64,000 nucleotides of DNA, taken from assembly GCF_009914755.1 (NCBI RefSeq), contig NC_060928.1, one strand, 5' to 3'. Made by a program: the position numbers and the translations under genes. Origin of the DNA: the human T2T-CHM13v2.0 reference genome, Homo sapiens. Positions 1 to 12,508 of the stretch are shown here, piece by piece. Numbering within the stretch: position 1 is the stretch's first letter; every line of letters starts with the position of its first letter. The notes under the pieces are model-generated. The model was given only the letters and a program-made list of their open reading frames with translations, was not told where the DNA came from and made no database searches.

Positions 1-3000
1 AGCAGAATGAGATCTTAAAGTAAAGCGCTTTGATTCTTCCATATGAGTCTGATGAGTATTTCCACTGTCAGTAGATTCAGGAGAGTAAATGATTGTATTT
101 AGCTTAAAAGTATTTCTGTGTTCAAGACAGTTGAGCTTCCTCAAAAATATTCTACAGTCTTTTAAGGTTTTTGACCTCCAACTATTAGGACATACATTTT
201 CTAGTCTTGGTCCCTTTTGAAAGTCTTTTTGGCTGCAATTTGTTCCATTCTCTTTTGCTTCTGACTTAAATTTATTCTCAAAACTAGCATGTATTTTGAA
301 GTCAGGCATTACTACCCTCTGCTGCAAGTCACCCCTGATCTCAGGTGGCAAAACACACTGATTATCTACTATGCTTTTTCCTTGGAGTGGGATGTCAGCA
401 TTTGTTTCTCCCTCAGTCTTATTTAAAAATTGGTTCTGGCAGAAAAATCTTAAGTTTCTCCTTTTAGAGTTCCAGTCAACTGTTCCATGGTTGTGCAGCT
501 TTCCCTCTCTTTTCCACCTTTCATGATGCAACCTCTTAAACTCAGTCCTTTTTAATCTAGCTATTGCTAAATTACTTTTCACATTTAAGAGTGGAGAGTT
601 AGCCACTTTATGCAGTATATGCAATTTCTCTGCTGATTTTGAAGGAGAAGAGAGTGCAAATTTTTTAAAGTGCTTTCTGAAGGGGCTGGCATTAAAGTCA
701 GAATATTTGGTCCCTAATTTGATTCCCCTGGTATTTATTACTTCCAAAGGGTTTCGGGCATTTGCTTTTCTAACTAGTGAAAGAGACTGTGTTTCTGTTG
801 TTTGCATAAACCAAGTACAGAGTTCATTCAAATCATACTTTTTCTGAAAAAGCATTTTTACAGGTGAAACTTCAAGTTCTAAAAGACAAGTTTCCAAAGG
901 GCTTGCTACTTTGAAATGATCATTTTCAATGTGTTCTCTTTTTTTATGAATACAATTTTCAGCTTCATCTCCACTTACTTGCACCCAAGCATTTGTTATT
1001 TGCTCAAATCTATTGTTTAATTCCTCTAATAAGGAATCATTTGAAGCAGAAGTAGCCCACCACCTGAGCAAAGGGTTTGATGAAATTATAGGATCCAAGG
1101 ATACTTCAGAAATAGGTACTAATTTATTATCTTCCAAACACTTTTTTGCATTCCGCGAAAGTCTGTTTCTTGGGGTATCTTTGTAAGCTATTTTCATCTT
1201 TGAGTGCCTATGTTTTTCCTTCTGACTTTTATTTTTCTGCAAATGCAGTTTATATGATTTATGGAGCAGAGCGTTTCTATAAATAAGTGAGCTAGAAGAT
1301 GCTAATGAATGTAAGAAATGCAGAGATGGTTTTCTATCCCTAATAGAATGTCTCAAAGGTACAGTAGCAATCATACGTTTTGATCCATTTTTAAATATAT
1401 CAGCTTCAGTGTGCCTTATTTTATCCATTTGAGTGCACTGTTGGTCATACTTTTCTTCAGGCAGATTTTTTCCTGACGTATTATCCTGTTCTAAAGGAGG
1501 CAAGCAGCTGCTAATACTTACTTCTCTTTCCTGAGGTGAAGTTCTATTAATAGTCACAGATATGCCAGAGATTTTCACTTTTGCCGGTCTACCAGGCTTC
1601 CTACTTATTGCCAAAGGCTTCTGATTTGGTCGAATAATGTTCTTGGAAGGCTGAGGTATCACAGATTTGTTCTTGATGGGTCTCACATATTCAAAGCCAG
1701 ACCCCAAGATCTCACTTTCAGTAGTCAAGCTTGCTACAGCACTTATTCTTTCACCCAAGTCAATTTTGTCTTCACTAATATTTCTGGGACTATTATATTC
1801 AGTTGGAAAATCACCAGCATTATTGTTTAAAGACATAAGGTTGCTTATGTTTACCCTTCCTTCAGAAACATGCCTTTTAGTTCTTCTTGACCTTCCGTAA
1901 ATAACAGTTACTGTAATACTCTTTTTATAAATACCTTCTTTTACTTCTGATATGAGACATTCTGGGCTTTTCCTTCCAGCACTAAAGGGCTCATTCTGGC
2001 AAACAGTGATGTTTGTTTGATCAATTTTAGGCTTTGGTGGTCTTCCAATTGGTCGCTTAATCTGTTTCACAACTTGGGGACCTATTTTTTTTGGTCTACC
2101 TGGTTTTCTTTTAAAAGATGGATCAGTAGCACTGCTTGAATTGTCCTTAGGTTCTTCTTGTGGCTTATCACTATTTATATCACCTATAAACATTGTAGAG
2201 GATCCTGCAGTTTCTTTTGCATGACTGAATTTGTTTAGTTCTCTTTGAAAAGTATCAGTATCATAATGACTGGAGTGATAATTTTCAGAGTTCGCATTTG
2301 AGATATCCTCATTTGTTTCTGTTTTTTCTTCAGTTACGTGATGGGTTGTAGGTTTTTCAGAAGGGAGAACAACATTTGAATGGGAAGTGCCAACTGAAGT
2401 TAAAGTATATTTGACCCCTTCACTACTTTTAACCTCAGATAAAAACATGAGTTTGATAGGACTAGAATAGTTGGAAACAGATGAACTTTCAGTACCTTCA
2501 TATTTTGCTGGTACATTTTCAACACTGGAAATCAAGCGACCCATATCTAAAATAGATGACTTTTTCAGATTTTCAAGTCTTTTGTTATTCAAATCCACTG
2601 TAGGCATGCAGTGACTATTGATAATATTGCCGGATGCTACCACAGATTTTGATAAGCTCTGTTCTTTGCATGTCATTCTATTTAGAGTAAGAGTCATATT
2701 TCTGTCAGCATGTTGGTCTTTACCATCAATTTCTATCAATTTCTTGGATGCTTTATATCCTTCTGATAATGGCTGATTATTCCAGGATTTTTTGGCTATA
2801 CTTATTGTATCTTCCAAACGCTTCACAACCACTTGTAAATTAGAATTCATTGCAATTTTGTTTAGGTCTATATTGTGTGAGCTTTCAATGTGAATATTTT
2901 TCACTGGATCGTTTTTTGTTGTGGATTCGGATACTTTTTTGGCTTTAGGGGATTTTTTAAAAACATAATTATTTGTTACATATACAGAATACCACCCTGG

Positions 3001-4558
3001 AGGCACAATATTTCGTTTAGTTCTGCTCAAAAGTCCAGAAACATCATTTCTCAAAAGAGTTTGAGTATTACCTAACTTTGGATTTTTCCTATCATTTTGC
3101 AAAAATTGTTTTCCATCTGCAGATTTCTCCTGTGGCTTTCTTATGCTCATTTTCTCAGGGGAAGTTGTTTTAAAGCTTTCTGAAAATTCATTAAAAGACA
3201 AGTTAGTTTCTGAACTATGAAGAGGTAGTTGCAGTGACTGTAATGCATAATTTGGTGAAAATGATGTTTCAGCATGATTTTTACCTTGAAGTCTTTTAGA
3301 ATTTTGTAAAGAAGGCCCTTGGTCATGATAGAATTCTCCTTTGTCTGATGAAGATATCTCATTGTTTTGTGTCAATTTCCTTGAACTTTTTTCGGTGTAT
3401 TTTTTTCTTGTAAAATTTTCATCAAGACTAGCAAGTTCTCTTTTTATCTGTAAAGACTGCCTTCTAAACATGGGTGAATCAGAGGAGTTGCGCATTGCAA
3501 ATAAAGTTTCTTGACGCTTTCGAAATCTTGTCTGAATAATTTTATTTTCTACCTTTTTATCATGTTGACTCAATAATTCCATAAAACTATAATCACTGGC
3601 TTTTGCATTATGCAAGAGAGATGTTATGAAATCTCCCAATTTTAAATCATTATATGTATTATAATCACTGCTAGATAATTTTACAAGGCTTGTCATATCC
3701 GTGGTTTCTATTGATTTTAGTTTTTCATTAATGCGATCCATTAAATCTTGAAAAATTACAGCAGTTTCACCTTTTTCATGATTTGTAGTAGAATTATTGC
3801 TGTCATTTGAGAGTAAAGAATAAGAGTTACTGGATTTTTTAGTTTTAAGTATTTTATCTTGATGATCACTCTTATTGCTGCTGATTTCTGCTGGTGTGAG
3901 AGATGGAGGCTGGTTAATGTTTGCTTCAAGTTTGTTATTTTCTAAGGCTGAAATCTCTGAGATGACGTCTTTCAATTTTTCAAATCCTTCAGTTTCTATA
4001 GGTGATAATGGTGGGGGTGAGGGACTTCGAGATCTACAGGCATCTTTAAGAGTGACTGAAAGATCACATACTTCCTTTGACAAAAGAGGACTACGAAAGG
4101 CTGATTTTGTAGAGTGAATGTTTGGTAACAGTCCAGAACAGCACCTGTGAGAATTATAACTGTCTGCAATTCCTCTATTCACTACTGGCTTAACGTGTTC
4201 AACAGTTACAGTTTGGCAAGATAAACAATGTAAATCTTTAATACAGACTGGCAGAGGTTCTAAACCAGGGCTTTGTTTTTCGTTTTGTAAACAACCTCTT
4301 TCTGCCAGCCTATATTCACAACTACAGAACAGACCACATAAATCATCTTCGATTAAGGGCTTTTGAGATTCTGAAGACACAACACATGATGTATTACAAC
4401 AGCAAAGAGAAGCAGCATTCTGCTCTTGGACTAGAAATTTCAACATAGCCAAAACTTGTTGCTGGTGATGTATGCACAAAGATTCCAAAACTTTGTTTAA
4501 TGCTGATTTTCTTTTTTCCATTTTAGTAGCTTCCTCTGATTTTGCATCAACAGTTGAA
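1..4558 (-). CDS. LCORL: LCORL giant alternative exon encoding the PALI2 C-terminal region (AT-hooks and DUF4553/PIP PRC2-interaction region); runs off the left edge of the window
   Basis: U-rich acceptor TTTTTATTTTTAG at 4559-4571 (minus). Phase matches the upstream exon (GG|T = Gly), then STVDAKSEEATKMEKRKSALNKVLESLCIHH. No in-frame stop in any segment I translated (spot-checked along the length, down to position 1). Motifs include RKPGRPKK, KRPIGRPPK, RKPGRPAK, LLRWWATS, NAWVQV, CTWFMQTTETQSL and RKHFKKFAL. Confidence 0.93.
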
Positions 4559-6969
4559 CTAAAAATAAAAATCAAACAAAAAATGAATTGCAGCAAAAAT
4601 ACCACTATAAGGAGTTATAATTTTAACAGTGTTTGAAAAAAGATATTTTGGTATTGCTGGACTCCTGACTCCTAGAGAGCTGCAATAATGGCATTTTGAT
4701 TATTGTTTAGCAAAAATATAATGAAGCACTGATAATTAATTTCCTATGACAAAGTATAAGTCAAAGCAAAGCCCTATTTTTGCAATATAAAAGCTGATGA
4801 TTATACATATGATTACATTTATATATTGTCTGTTTTTAATGTATTAAGAATATTTAATGGAAAGTGCTTCAGAAGGAGTTAAATTTTTATGAAGTAGCCA
4901 TTTTATAAATTATTCTGATACATAATTATCAGTCTACATTAGTGCAAATAAGGAAAATAAAATGTAGGAGTACAATCTTTATTTAAAATAGATATTTTTT
5001 CCAAGGCAGTGAAAATAATAAAAGCTTTCCATAATCACAAGGAAAATTAAGGGATTTAGATTTTATGTAAATAAGAGAATGTCTTTCCTAAGATTAAGCT
5101 GCAGGCGTTAGCTATTTAAAAATAAAATCTATTTTTAATTGATGTTAAATACTAAAGTAATTTCATAAAAGCTAAAGGCATTACTTACCTAATTATTAAG
5201 TTTCAAATGCTGGAAAATGGCCCACTACAGAAACTAATATACATCTAACTTTAACTAAGAACCGGGCTTGCTTATCGACCAATATAGAAGTCTACACATT
5301 TTTTTTTAATCCAATACCAGCAGCAGGAAGAATAAAATATATTTAAAGAGTTCTGTTTCAGAAAAGTATTTTAATTAAACATATCACCAAACTCTGTACA
5401 TGAAAATTGCCTTTCACTTACAGTTTATTACATTTGTTGTTTTTAATAGTTCCTGATTTCTAGAAATTTTAAGGTTGGAATAATGCTGATTATGAACTAC
5501 TATTGAAGAATGTATTTGTTTAAATGCAGAATTATGCTCATCTATATTAAAAATTATAAGATTTTTACTTTAAAACAGGAAGTGGAATATTTTTATTTTG
5601 CTGCCTAAAACTGACATAGCCTGTTTCAGAGGTAATATTTCACTTATATTTTATAAAAATTATGTTATTTGAGTAGCAAAAATAAGGAAGCAAATTTTAA
5701 ACATGTGATCAAAACTTTTCTGGAAAAAAAGATAACTTTACTAGATTCATCCAATGTTCCACTAAAACTAGTGATCTGACATAAAGAAGCTATCAAACAA
5801 AGTGAGAAGAGATGTGAAATTAAAATAAAACTTTTAAAGTCACTGCCGCCTCTAGACAGATGAAGATAGGACATGACCCCAGTATCCTTTCCTTTTTGAA
5901 AATAATTTTTTATAAACTTTGTCATGGTTGGGAGTGTAAAATGATGCAACTGACTCCCAGGATTCAATTACATAGTTTTAAAAAATATATGTAGAGAGCA
6001 AGGGCAGGAAGAAATGGTTAACTACCAAAGATTACAATATATTTTTTTCCAGCAAATTAAAAATGACTAATTTTCACACAAGCAAAAGAAAACCCAGAAT
6101 GTTGTGAGAGATGCACTTCAGTAGTTTCTAAAGTGATGTTATGGCATAATAAAGAGAGAATTTACATGTTTCTTGGAAAAATATGTTGTATTTTAACGAT
6201 TAATAATTGTTTATAACTCTTCCTGAAATGCTCAAAGGCTTTTTTCTGTTAATAAAGCCAGGTATGTGGTACAAGTAATCAAAACTAATGACTAGTGTTA
6301 AGTATTCTGAAACAATGTTATAATACCAACTTGATTAAGCTCACAAAATTACAAAAACCACTGCTTTTTATATCCCTTTTCTGACATTCTAAGCAAAGCT
6401 TTTAGAGTTTTCTTATTCAATTTATTAATAATGGAATTTCAAAAATACTATGGTAGCCAGTAATTCCCATCTAATGCTATAAGAACAGCTTAAAAAAGGT
6501 ATAAATTAGATATTCAGATATTAGATTCTATCTTATGTATCAGATATCAGAAACTAAGATCTCAAATTACAGAACTTCACAATATGCTTATTTGGCTTCA
6601 AACATTCTCCCCCATATTTCTTGCATGTTAGGATCTTAAAGAAAAACCTAGTAATGAGTAAATAATAGTTGAACACACATATAAATATCCAGTCTAGAAT
6701 TTATTCTCAGGTGATTATATAAGGTTCTAAAATTGTATTTTTTTTGTAGATCCTTTGCTTTTAAAGTTTTCTAACCTTTTCCTGTTTGATTTATAAACCA
6801 AACATACTGCCTATTTTTAGTATGTTACTATCCATTTTGCCCACTAGAAACTTGTTGGAATATTTCTTCAGAAAAAGTAAATTAGAATACTATATTTAAT
6901 AAAACTGCTTCCTAAAGTAAATCAAACAAGTCAGTGTAGTCAGTTTTTTTCTTTTCTTTTCTTTTTTTC

Positions 6970-9900
6970 TTTTACTGAATGAGTAAATCAATCACACACC
7001 AACAGTGTTGTAAATTTAAGTGCAAAAGCATTGAAGTGCTTTACTACAAATTACAACCTAGAAACACGTTAACTGAACAATTAAAATTCATACAATCAGA
7101 TTTAGATATATAACAACACAAAGTAGGAACAGAATTACAGTACATTTACAACACAAGACAGATACATGAATTCATTAGAAAATATTGTAATAAATAATTC
7201 ATGAATTATAGTGCAATTGATTTATGCATAAATATAACTAATTGCCTAACAATCAGTTTATATTAACAAAATCTGTCAAAATCAAGGCAGCCACAGAGTT
7301 TTACTAAATTACTGCGACATTGGAAATACTGCAATTAAAAAACAAATACAAGTATTTGTACTGTAAACAACTAAAAAAATCAGTCTCACTAAAGTTAGTA
7401 TACAATTTAATATAAAATTGTCATTAGCTACCAGAAATGGTTTAAACAACTTTACTGAGCAGTAGTTTTCTAAAAACAGAGGCACTGTTTTCTCTTTTCC
7501 TTCTTTTTTTTTTTAATATAAAATACTTGAGGAACATTCAAATAAGTAGAAAGCACATAAGGGTTGCTTTCACCTTCATTAAGTCTGCTGAAACGGGATT
7601 TTTCAGAAAATTGTCAATTAATAAATAGTAACTGGTAACTAAATTCATAAAGTACTTTGAAAGTTTAACATAAAGGTCATCTTAATAGAATCACTGGGGA
7701 GAAGGGGAATTTCCCTGCCTTTCCTAGTTTGTATAATCAAATGTTAACTCAATAATAGAAATGTTTTGTTTCTTTTAAAAGTTATGGGTTGATTATTACC
7801 TATAAACTATCAAAAAATATTTTAATTTACTATTTCTGACCAAAAATAAATAATACAAGTACTAAAATGCTGCAAATTAACTATAATATTACCTATAAAA
7901 CTACTGATTACTGTGAAGTCAATAGCAAAATGATCCCTGATTTATGAATCCTGTAAAGTTTTTGGTCAGGTCATCTTTTAAATGATACAAAAGTGTTCTG
8001 TAAGTTTCCCTTTACTATAAACTTCTCAATCAATTTATTAATGTAAATATAGTGTGAGGAATAAAAAAGCTCAATACAATATAAATATTATGTAATGCAT
8101 TCAAAGCCCCCAAAGTTTTCCAAGTAAAATTCTGTATAAAGAGGTCAATAAAATTGTTTTGAAATATGTACTTTACCTTTAACTTTGCTTTCCATTGGGG
8201 GAAGGGGGAAATATACTAAATAATGCAAGTTCTGGCCCTCACAAAATATGGCTTAATTCTTTAAAAAGAAAGATGACCCTGACATCTGCTGTTCTGTAAT
8301 CTATTATGTATATTTTCTTGGGGTGAAAAAAAAAAAAAAGAGGATTCATACCCTAGTGTGCAGGTAACATTAATAGCTGAAGAGGGTTAAGTATAGATCT
8401 CAGAGACCAAATAACTGCTTGGTTGTGTAGTTTCTCACTCTTCAGTTTCTTTAAACATGTAAGCAGTTTTAAAATTTAATAGCTGAAAATCTCTTTAGTA
8501 TTACACGTATATATGATTATTAAATACACACAAACACAAGTGTAAAAACACAAGCATTTGACAAGGTGCACTTATTTTTTAAATTCAGCTAAAAGTATTC
8601 CTTTTGGACTTAGGAAAACTGGCTTAGAAAAATGATCAGAACCTGAATTTTAACAGAGAAAGGGGGCACTCAGAGAATTTTGAATACATAAAGCAAATCC
8701 CTATTCTTTATATGAAGGCATATGCTTTATAACATTTTACCACTACAGTTGCATACTCCATAAATCCAACAAGGATACTTTGACCCATATTTTAAAACTG
8801 CTAGGTAAAAATGACCAGTCTCTCTTATGAGTCTAGTAAAAGTTAAAATGCACTGCCCAGCTTCTAACTACCCAATTAGTAGAGAGTTTACATTACTGAA
8901 AGTTCAAAACAGCTTCAGTGTTAAATATTTGTAAATCTATTCAAGACCCTGAACAAACTGCAAATTTGGTTATTAGCAAAATGATAATGTATCGCCCACC
9001 AAAATGAAATCTGCAATTCATTTTGATAAACTGAAAATGTTTTGAAATGTCACAGCAGCAAATATATTAAAGTTACACTGAGGTTTTTCAATAGTAGGAG
9101 TGTGTCACAATCCTTAAAATTTAAAGTAGTCATAACATCAACTAACCAGCACATTTAAACCAAAATTATCATTCTCAAGCTTTTTCTGTGCACATTATAA
9201 ACATGCTCTAAGTTGCATTCCAACTTTCTTTTCTAACCTTACACATTAGCTTATTTTTCAAATGAAAAACAAAACTAAATTATTTTAATAATTAAATTTA
9301 AATTATTTTTTGTTCTTAGTACTCCATCTTATTATATTAAAGGGTTCTATAGCTGCTGGGGTTAACTATGTGTCAGTTTTTTTAAAGTATATACCTTATA
9401 AACCCCAACTTCTTGCTAAATCAACTATTAAATGATAAATATTAAATTTCATTATACATATCCTTTAAGGTTTTCTTTTCTATTCCTGGTGGATGCACTT
9501 GAGTGCATTTTGTATTTCATAGAATGCACTGTCGTGTACTAATACTGTATATATTAATTTTTCTTAGTATGGAGATAGCTATTTAAACTTTGATTGGTTG
9601 CTTGACATACATACAACAAGTGTTAAGTCTGTTGTATAGAATGTTTATAAACTATGAATATCATATTTCCATTATAAGATGGTTCAACTGAATGGCTGGA
9701 ATGGTCTTTCACCAATAAAAATGTTTCACTTGACAATTACTCGTTTTCCCACAACGCTTTATGCTATTGACTACTAAAGAAAACCTGAATCTTTTTCACC
9801 TATTTATACAAGGATTAAATACAAACTATCAGAATTAAGTAAGCAACTATATAATTCTGTCCACAGTGAAAACCCTGAATAAAACTTTTTTTCAAAAGGC

Positions 9901-10066
9901 ATGTAAGTGGTTTTTGAACTGTAAAATTTCATGTCTCCTGTCAGAGTGAGCATTTGTAATTCCCACGTGTGTATATAGACACACAAATACACACCTGTGC
10001 ACATACACACACACGCAAACACACACACACACACACACACTCACAAACATTTTCCTAACAAGTAAT
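6970..10066 (-). other. LCORL: Probable long AU-rich 3'UTR of the HTH (short) LCORL isoform; 3' end uncertain
   Basis: Directly follows the stop codon at 10067 on the minus strand, is AT-rich and lacks recognisable interspersed repeats. The end coordinate is inferred. Confidence 0.55.
9979..10045. repeat. (CA)n/(TG)n microsatellite about 20 nt downstream of the LCORL stop codon
   Basis: Imperfect CA array with a perfect (AC)11 core at about 10019-10040. Confidence 0.95.
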
Positions 10067-11099
10067 CTACACAGGCTTGCTGCTGTTTTTGCAGCTGCCA
10101 GTCCCTGAATCTGTCATATTATATAACCCAGTGTCTGGTAATCGTAGTTTCTTCTTCGGAGGAGTCTTCAGTGTTCCAGATCTTTCTTTTACCTTGTATT
10201 CTAAAGTGCTGTGAGGTACCCCATAAATTCCTTGTGCTTTGGAAACACTCATTTTTCCGCTCATTACCATTGCAATAGCTTCTTCCATTATTTCATGATC
10301 ATATTGCCGATAGCGGCCACGTTTTTTCCTGGGCTGCTTACTGTCTTTTCGATCTAATCCATCTTCAGTATTTTCAGAGGTTCCATCAACTGTTCCATTT
10401 TTAGAATTAAGACACAAAGGAGAGAGGTCCCCATGTAGAAAGTAAGAGTCAACACTTGAGTGAGTTACAGGCCCAGAACATTCTATTTTGTTCTGTTTAG
10501 GGAGTATATTTTTCAGTTTTTGGAGAGCTGATCCTTCTAGGACTGAAGAGGTTTTGGAAACTTGATACATAACATCCAACAGACCAGAACCATCAGGTTG
10601 TGATTTTGAGACAGAACTTACTCGTAGCTGAGGAATTTTTAACTGTACAGTAGGATTTGAAGTTTCATATTGGAGGCTTTCATTTTTTTCTTTAAACTGA
10701 GTGACCATTTTCTGTAGAGTTAGCTGATGGAGGTAAGTGGAAGCTGTTGGGAATTTTATTTCTGAGGTTTCAAGTAGATTGAGTTTACTTTTTTCTGTGC
10801 GCTCTGCTTGAGCTCTTGCCCACAAGGCTACTTTTTGCAGCACTGCACAAGTTTCTTTACTGTCCTTATATGAATAACTATCATGGAAATCTCGAGTTTT
10901 GTTTTTAAAAGATGCAGGCTTCCCTGCTGGTAAGGCTTCTAAGTGAAGAAGTAAAGTTTTTTGAGGTATGCCATAAAGTATGCCTGCTTTATTTATGTCC
11001 AGTGCTCCAGACTGAATGTCTTTCAAAGCTTTTGAGAGCAAACCATCTGCAAACTCAGCACTTCTTTCCACATAGTCCTCTCTGTTTCTGTGTAGTCTC
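10067..11099 (-). CDS. LCORL: LCORL terminal coding exon with two pipsqueak-type HTH DNA-binding motifs and an NLS
   Basis: Acceptor CCATCCAG|GAGACTA at 11100/11099, giving GG|G then [12 protein letters not shown] motifs [29 protein letters not shown] and [39 protein letters not shown]. Basic [11 protein letters not shown]. Ends KNSSKPV-stop. Confidence 0.97.
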
Positions 11100-12414
11100 C
11101 TGGATGGATGGAATGAAACGATGGTAAACTGATGCATGAGAGACTCTCACACAGCTATGGAAGGGGAGGGTCCACTCCTTTATTATACTCCTTGCTTAGG
11201 TAACATCACTGCTTATGACACTTTTAAGTCTGTGAGATGTAGTAGTTACTCCTTATCAAAGCAAACGCTACAGTCCTGGTAGGACAATGTGACAATGATA
11301 CGGTGGCCTCAACGGGCAGACCTTCCAAGAACATAAAATCCTAACTCAGTATTTGTAAAAATATTCTCATGATGTTGCTATTCCTCTGATAGATGCTTGC
11401 AGAGCAACACTTATAAATTTTATTTATACAATTAGAGCTCCATTATAAAAAGTACCCAAATCCTAAAGGAGTTTTTGTTAGTACAAACGTGACGTTACCG
11501 CTAAACAAGTAATAAAAGAGTCAACCCCTTTAAAGGAAATTTGTAGCAGCAGGAATATTTCCAAACACAAACATCCCATATTTCCACAAGACTAATTTTT
11601 CTCTAGACAAGAGCTTAAAACTTGAAACAAGTAGATGTTATATTTGAATAATTTAATTTTAGATATTATAAATGTCACTATTTCAAATTATCATTGTAAT
11701 TTTCAAAGTTTCTCAAACAGAAAGCTTACTATACCTTACGACTCAAATACTACTACAGCCGTAGTTGAAACAAATTACAATCTACCTCTAAGATTTAAAT
11801 GTGACAAAAAAGCTTCCTATGCAGTTAGTTAATGGGAAGATGCAAAAAAGTTGTTAAAAAAAATCCAAAAATCCAACAGAACAGCATTTCACTACTAATT
11901 ATTTATTTAATGATTAATGACACTTTTCAAAACATGAGAGGACTTTTTGTGGTGATTACTAGATATATTTAAGTAGTTTGCCACCACATCTAAAGTGCAA
12001 TAAAAAAATCTAAACACTATAAACTAGCATTAATTAGTAAGTACAGTGCTTTTGGAATTTGTTCATTGTTTTAAAAAATTAATAAATTACATATTTCCCT
12101 TAAAATTGCGTCCTGAGTATTTAATTTAATATTCTCTTACTCGTCCTGCTTCTTAGTTTGTATTCTATAAGTTGGTAGTTCATTTTAGTAACATGAACTA
12201 AAGTTTGGTGATTGTTCTGATAACTTTTCTTTAACAGAAAGAATAAAAAAGAAAGAGAAAGGACAAATGAAAGGTATGAGAGAGAGACACTTATGAGTGA
12301 CAAAAATTCTGGAGGAAAACTATATACGTCAATACTACTCAGAATAGTATTAAGAGTTCTCTGCAGAGATAATTTTATATTAATATTAAATTATATTTCC
12401 TAGATATTGCTTAC

Positions 12415-12508
12415 CCAGCCACTGAATTTTCAGAAGAAGGATCACATATGGATGACTCTTCAGATTTTATGCTGGTTTTCTTTGTAGAGAGATCTAACAC
12501 TCCATCCC
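12415..12508 (-). CDS. LCORL: LCORL 94-nt coding exon ([32 protein letters not shown]) with the VLDLS CtBP motif
   Basis: AG acceptor at 12509-12510 and GTAAG donor at 12410-12414. Phase 1 in and phase 2 out, consistent with the upstream exon and both downstream exons. Confidence 0.95.

Noticed and set aside
1667-4117. Short ORFs at 1667, 2890, 3147 and 3875
   Set aside because: They are antisense or out-of-frame shadows of the long PALI2 coding frame.
6944-6973. T-rich tract as a true polyA site or retroelement tail
   Set aside because: There is no element body or TSD and no canonical AATAAA just upstream on the minus strand; it is more likely a genomic A-rich internal-priming site.
11100-11137. 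ATG-initiated N-terminus ([12 protein letters not shown]) of the 356-aa ORF as a standalone gene start
   Set aside because: This is intron sequence upstream of the CAG acceptor at 11100; the reading frame is supplied by the spliced upstream exon.
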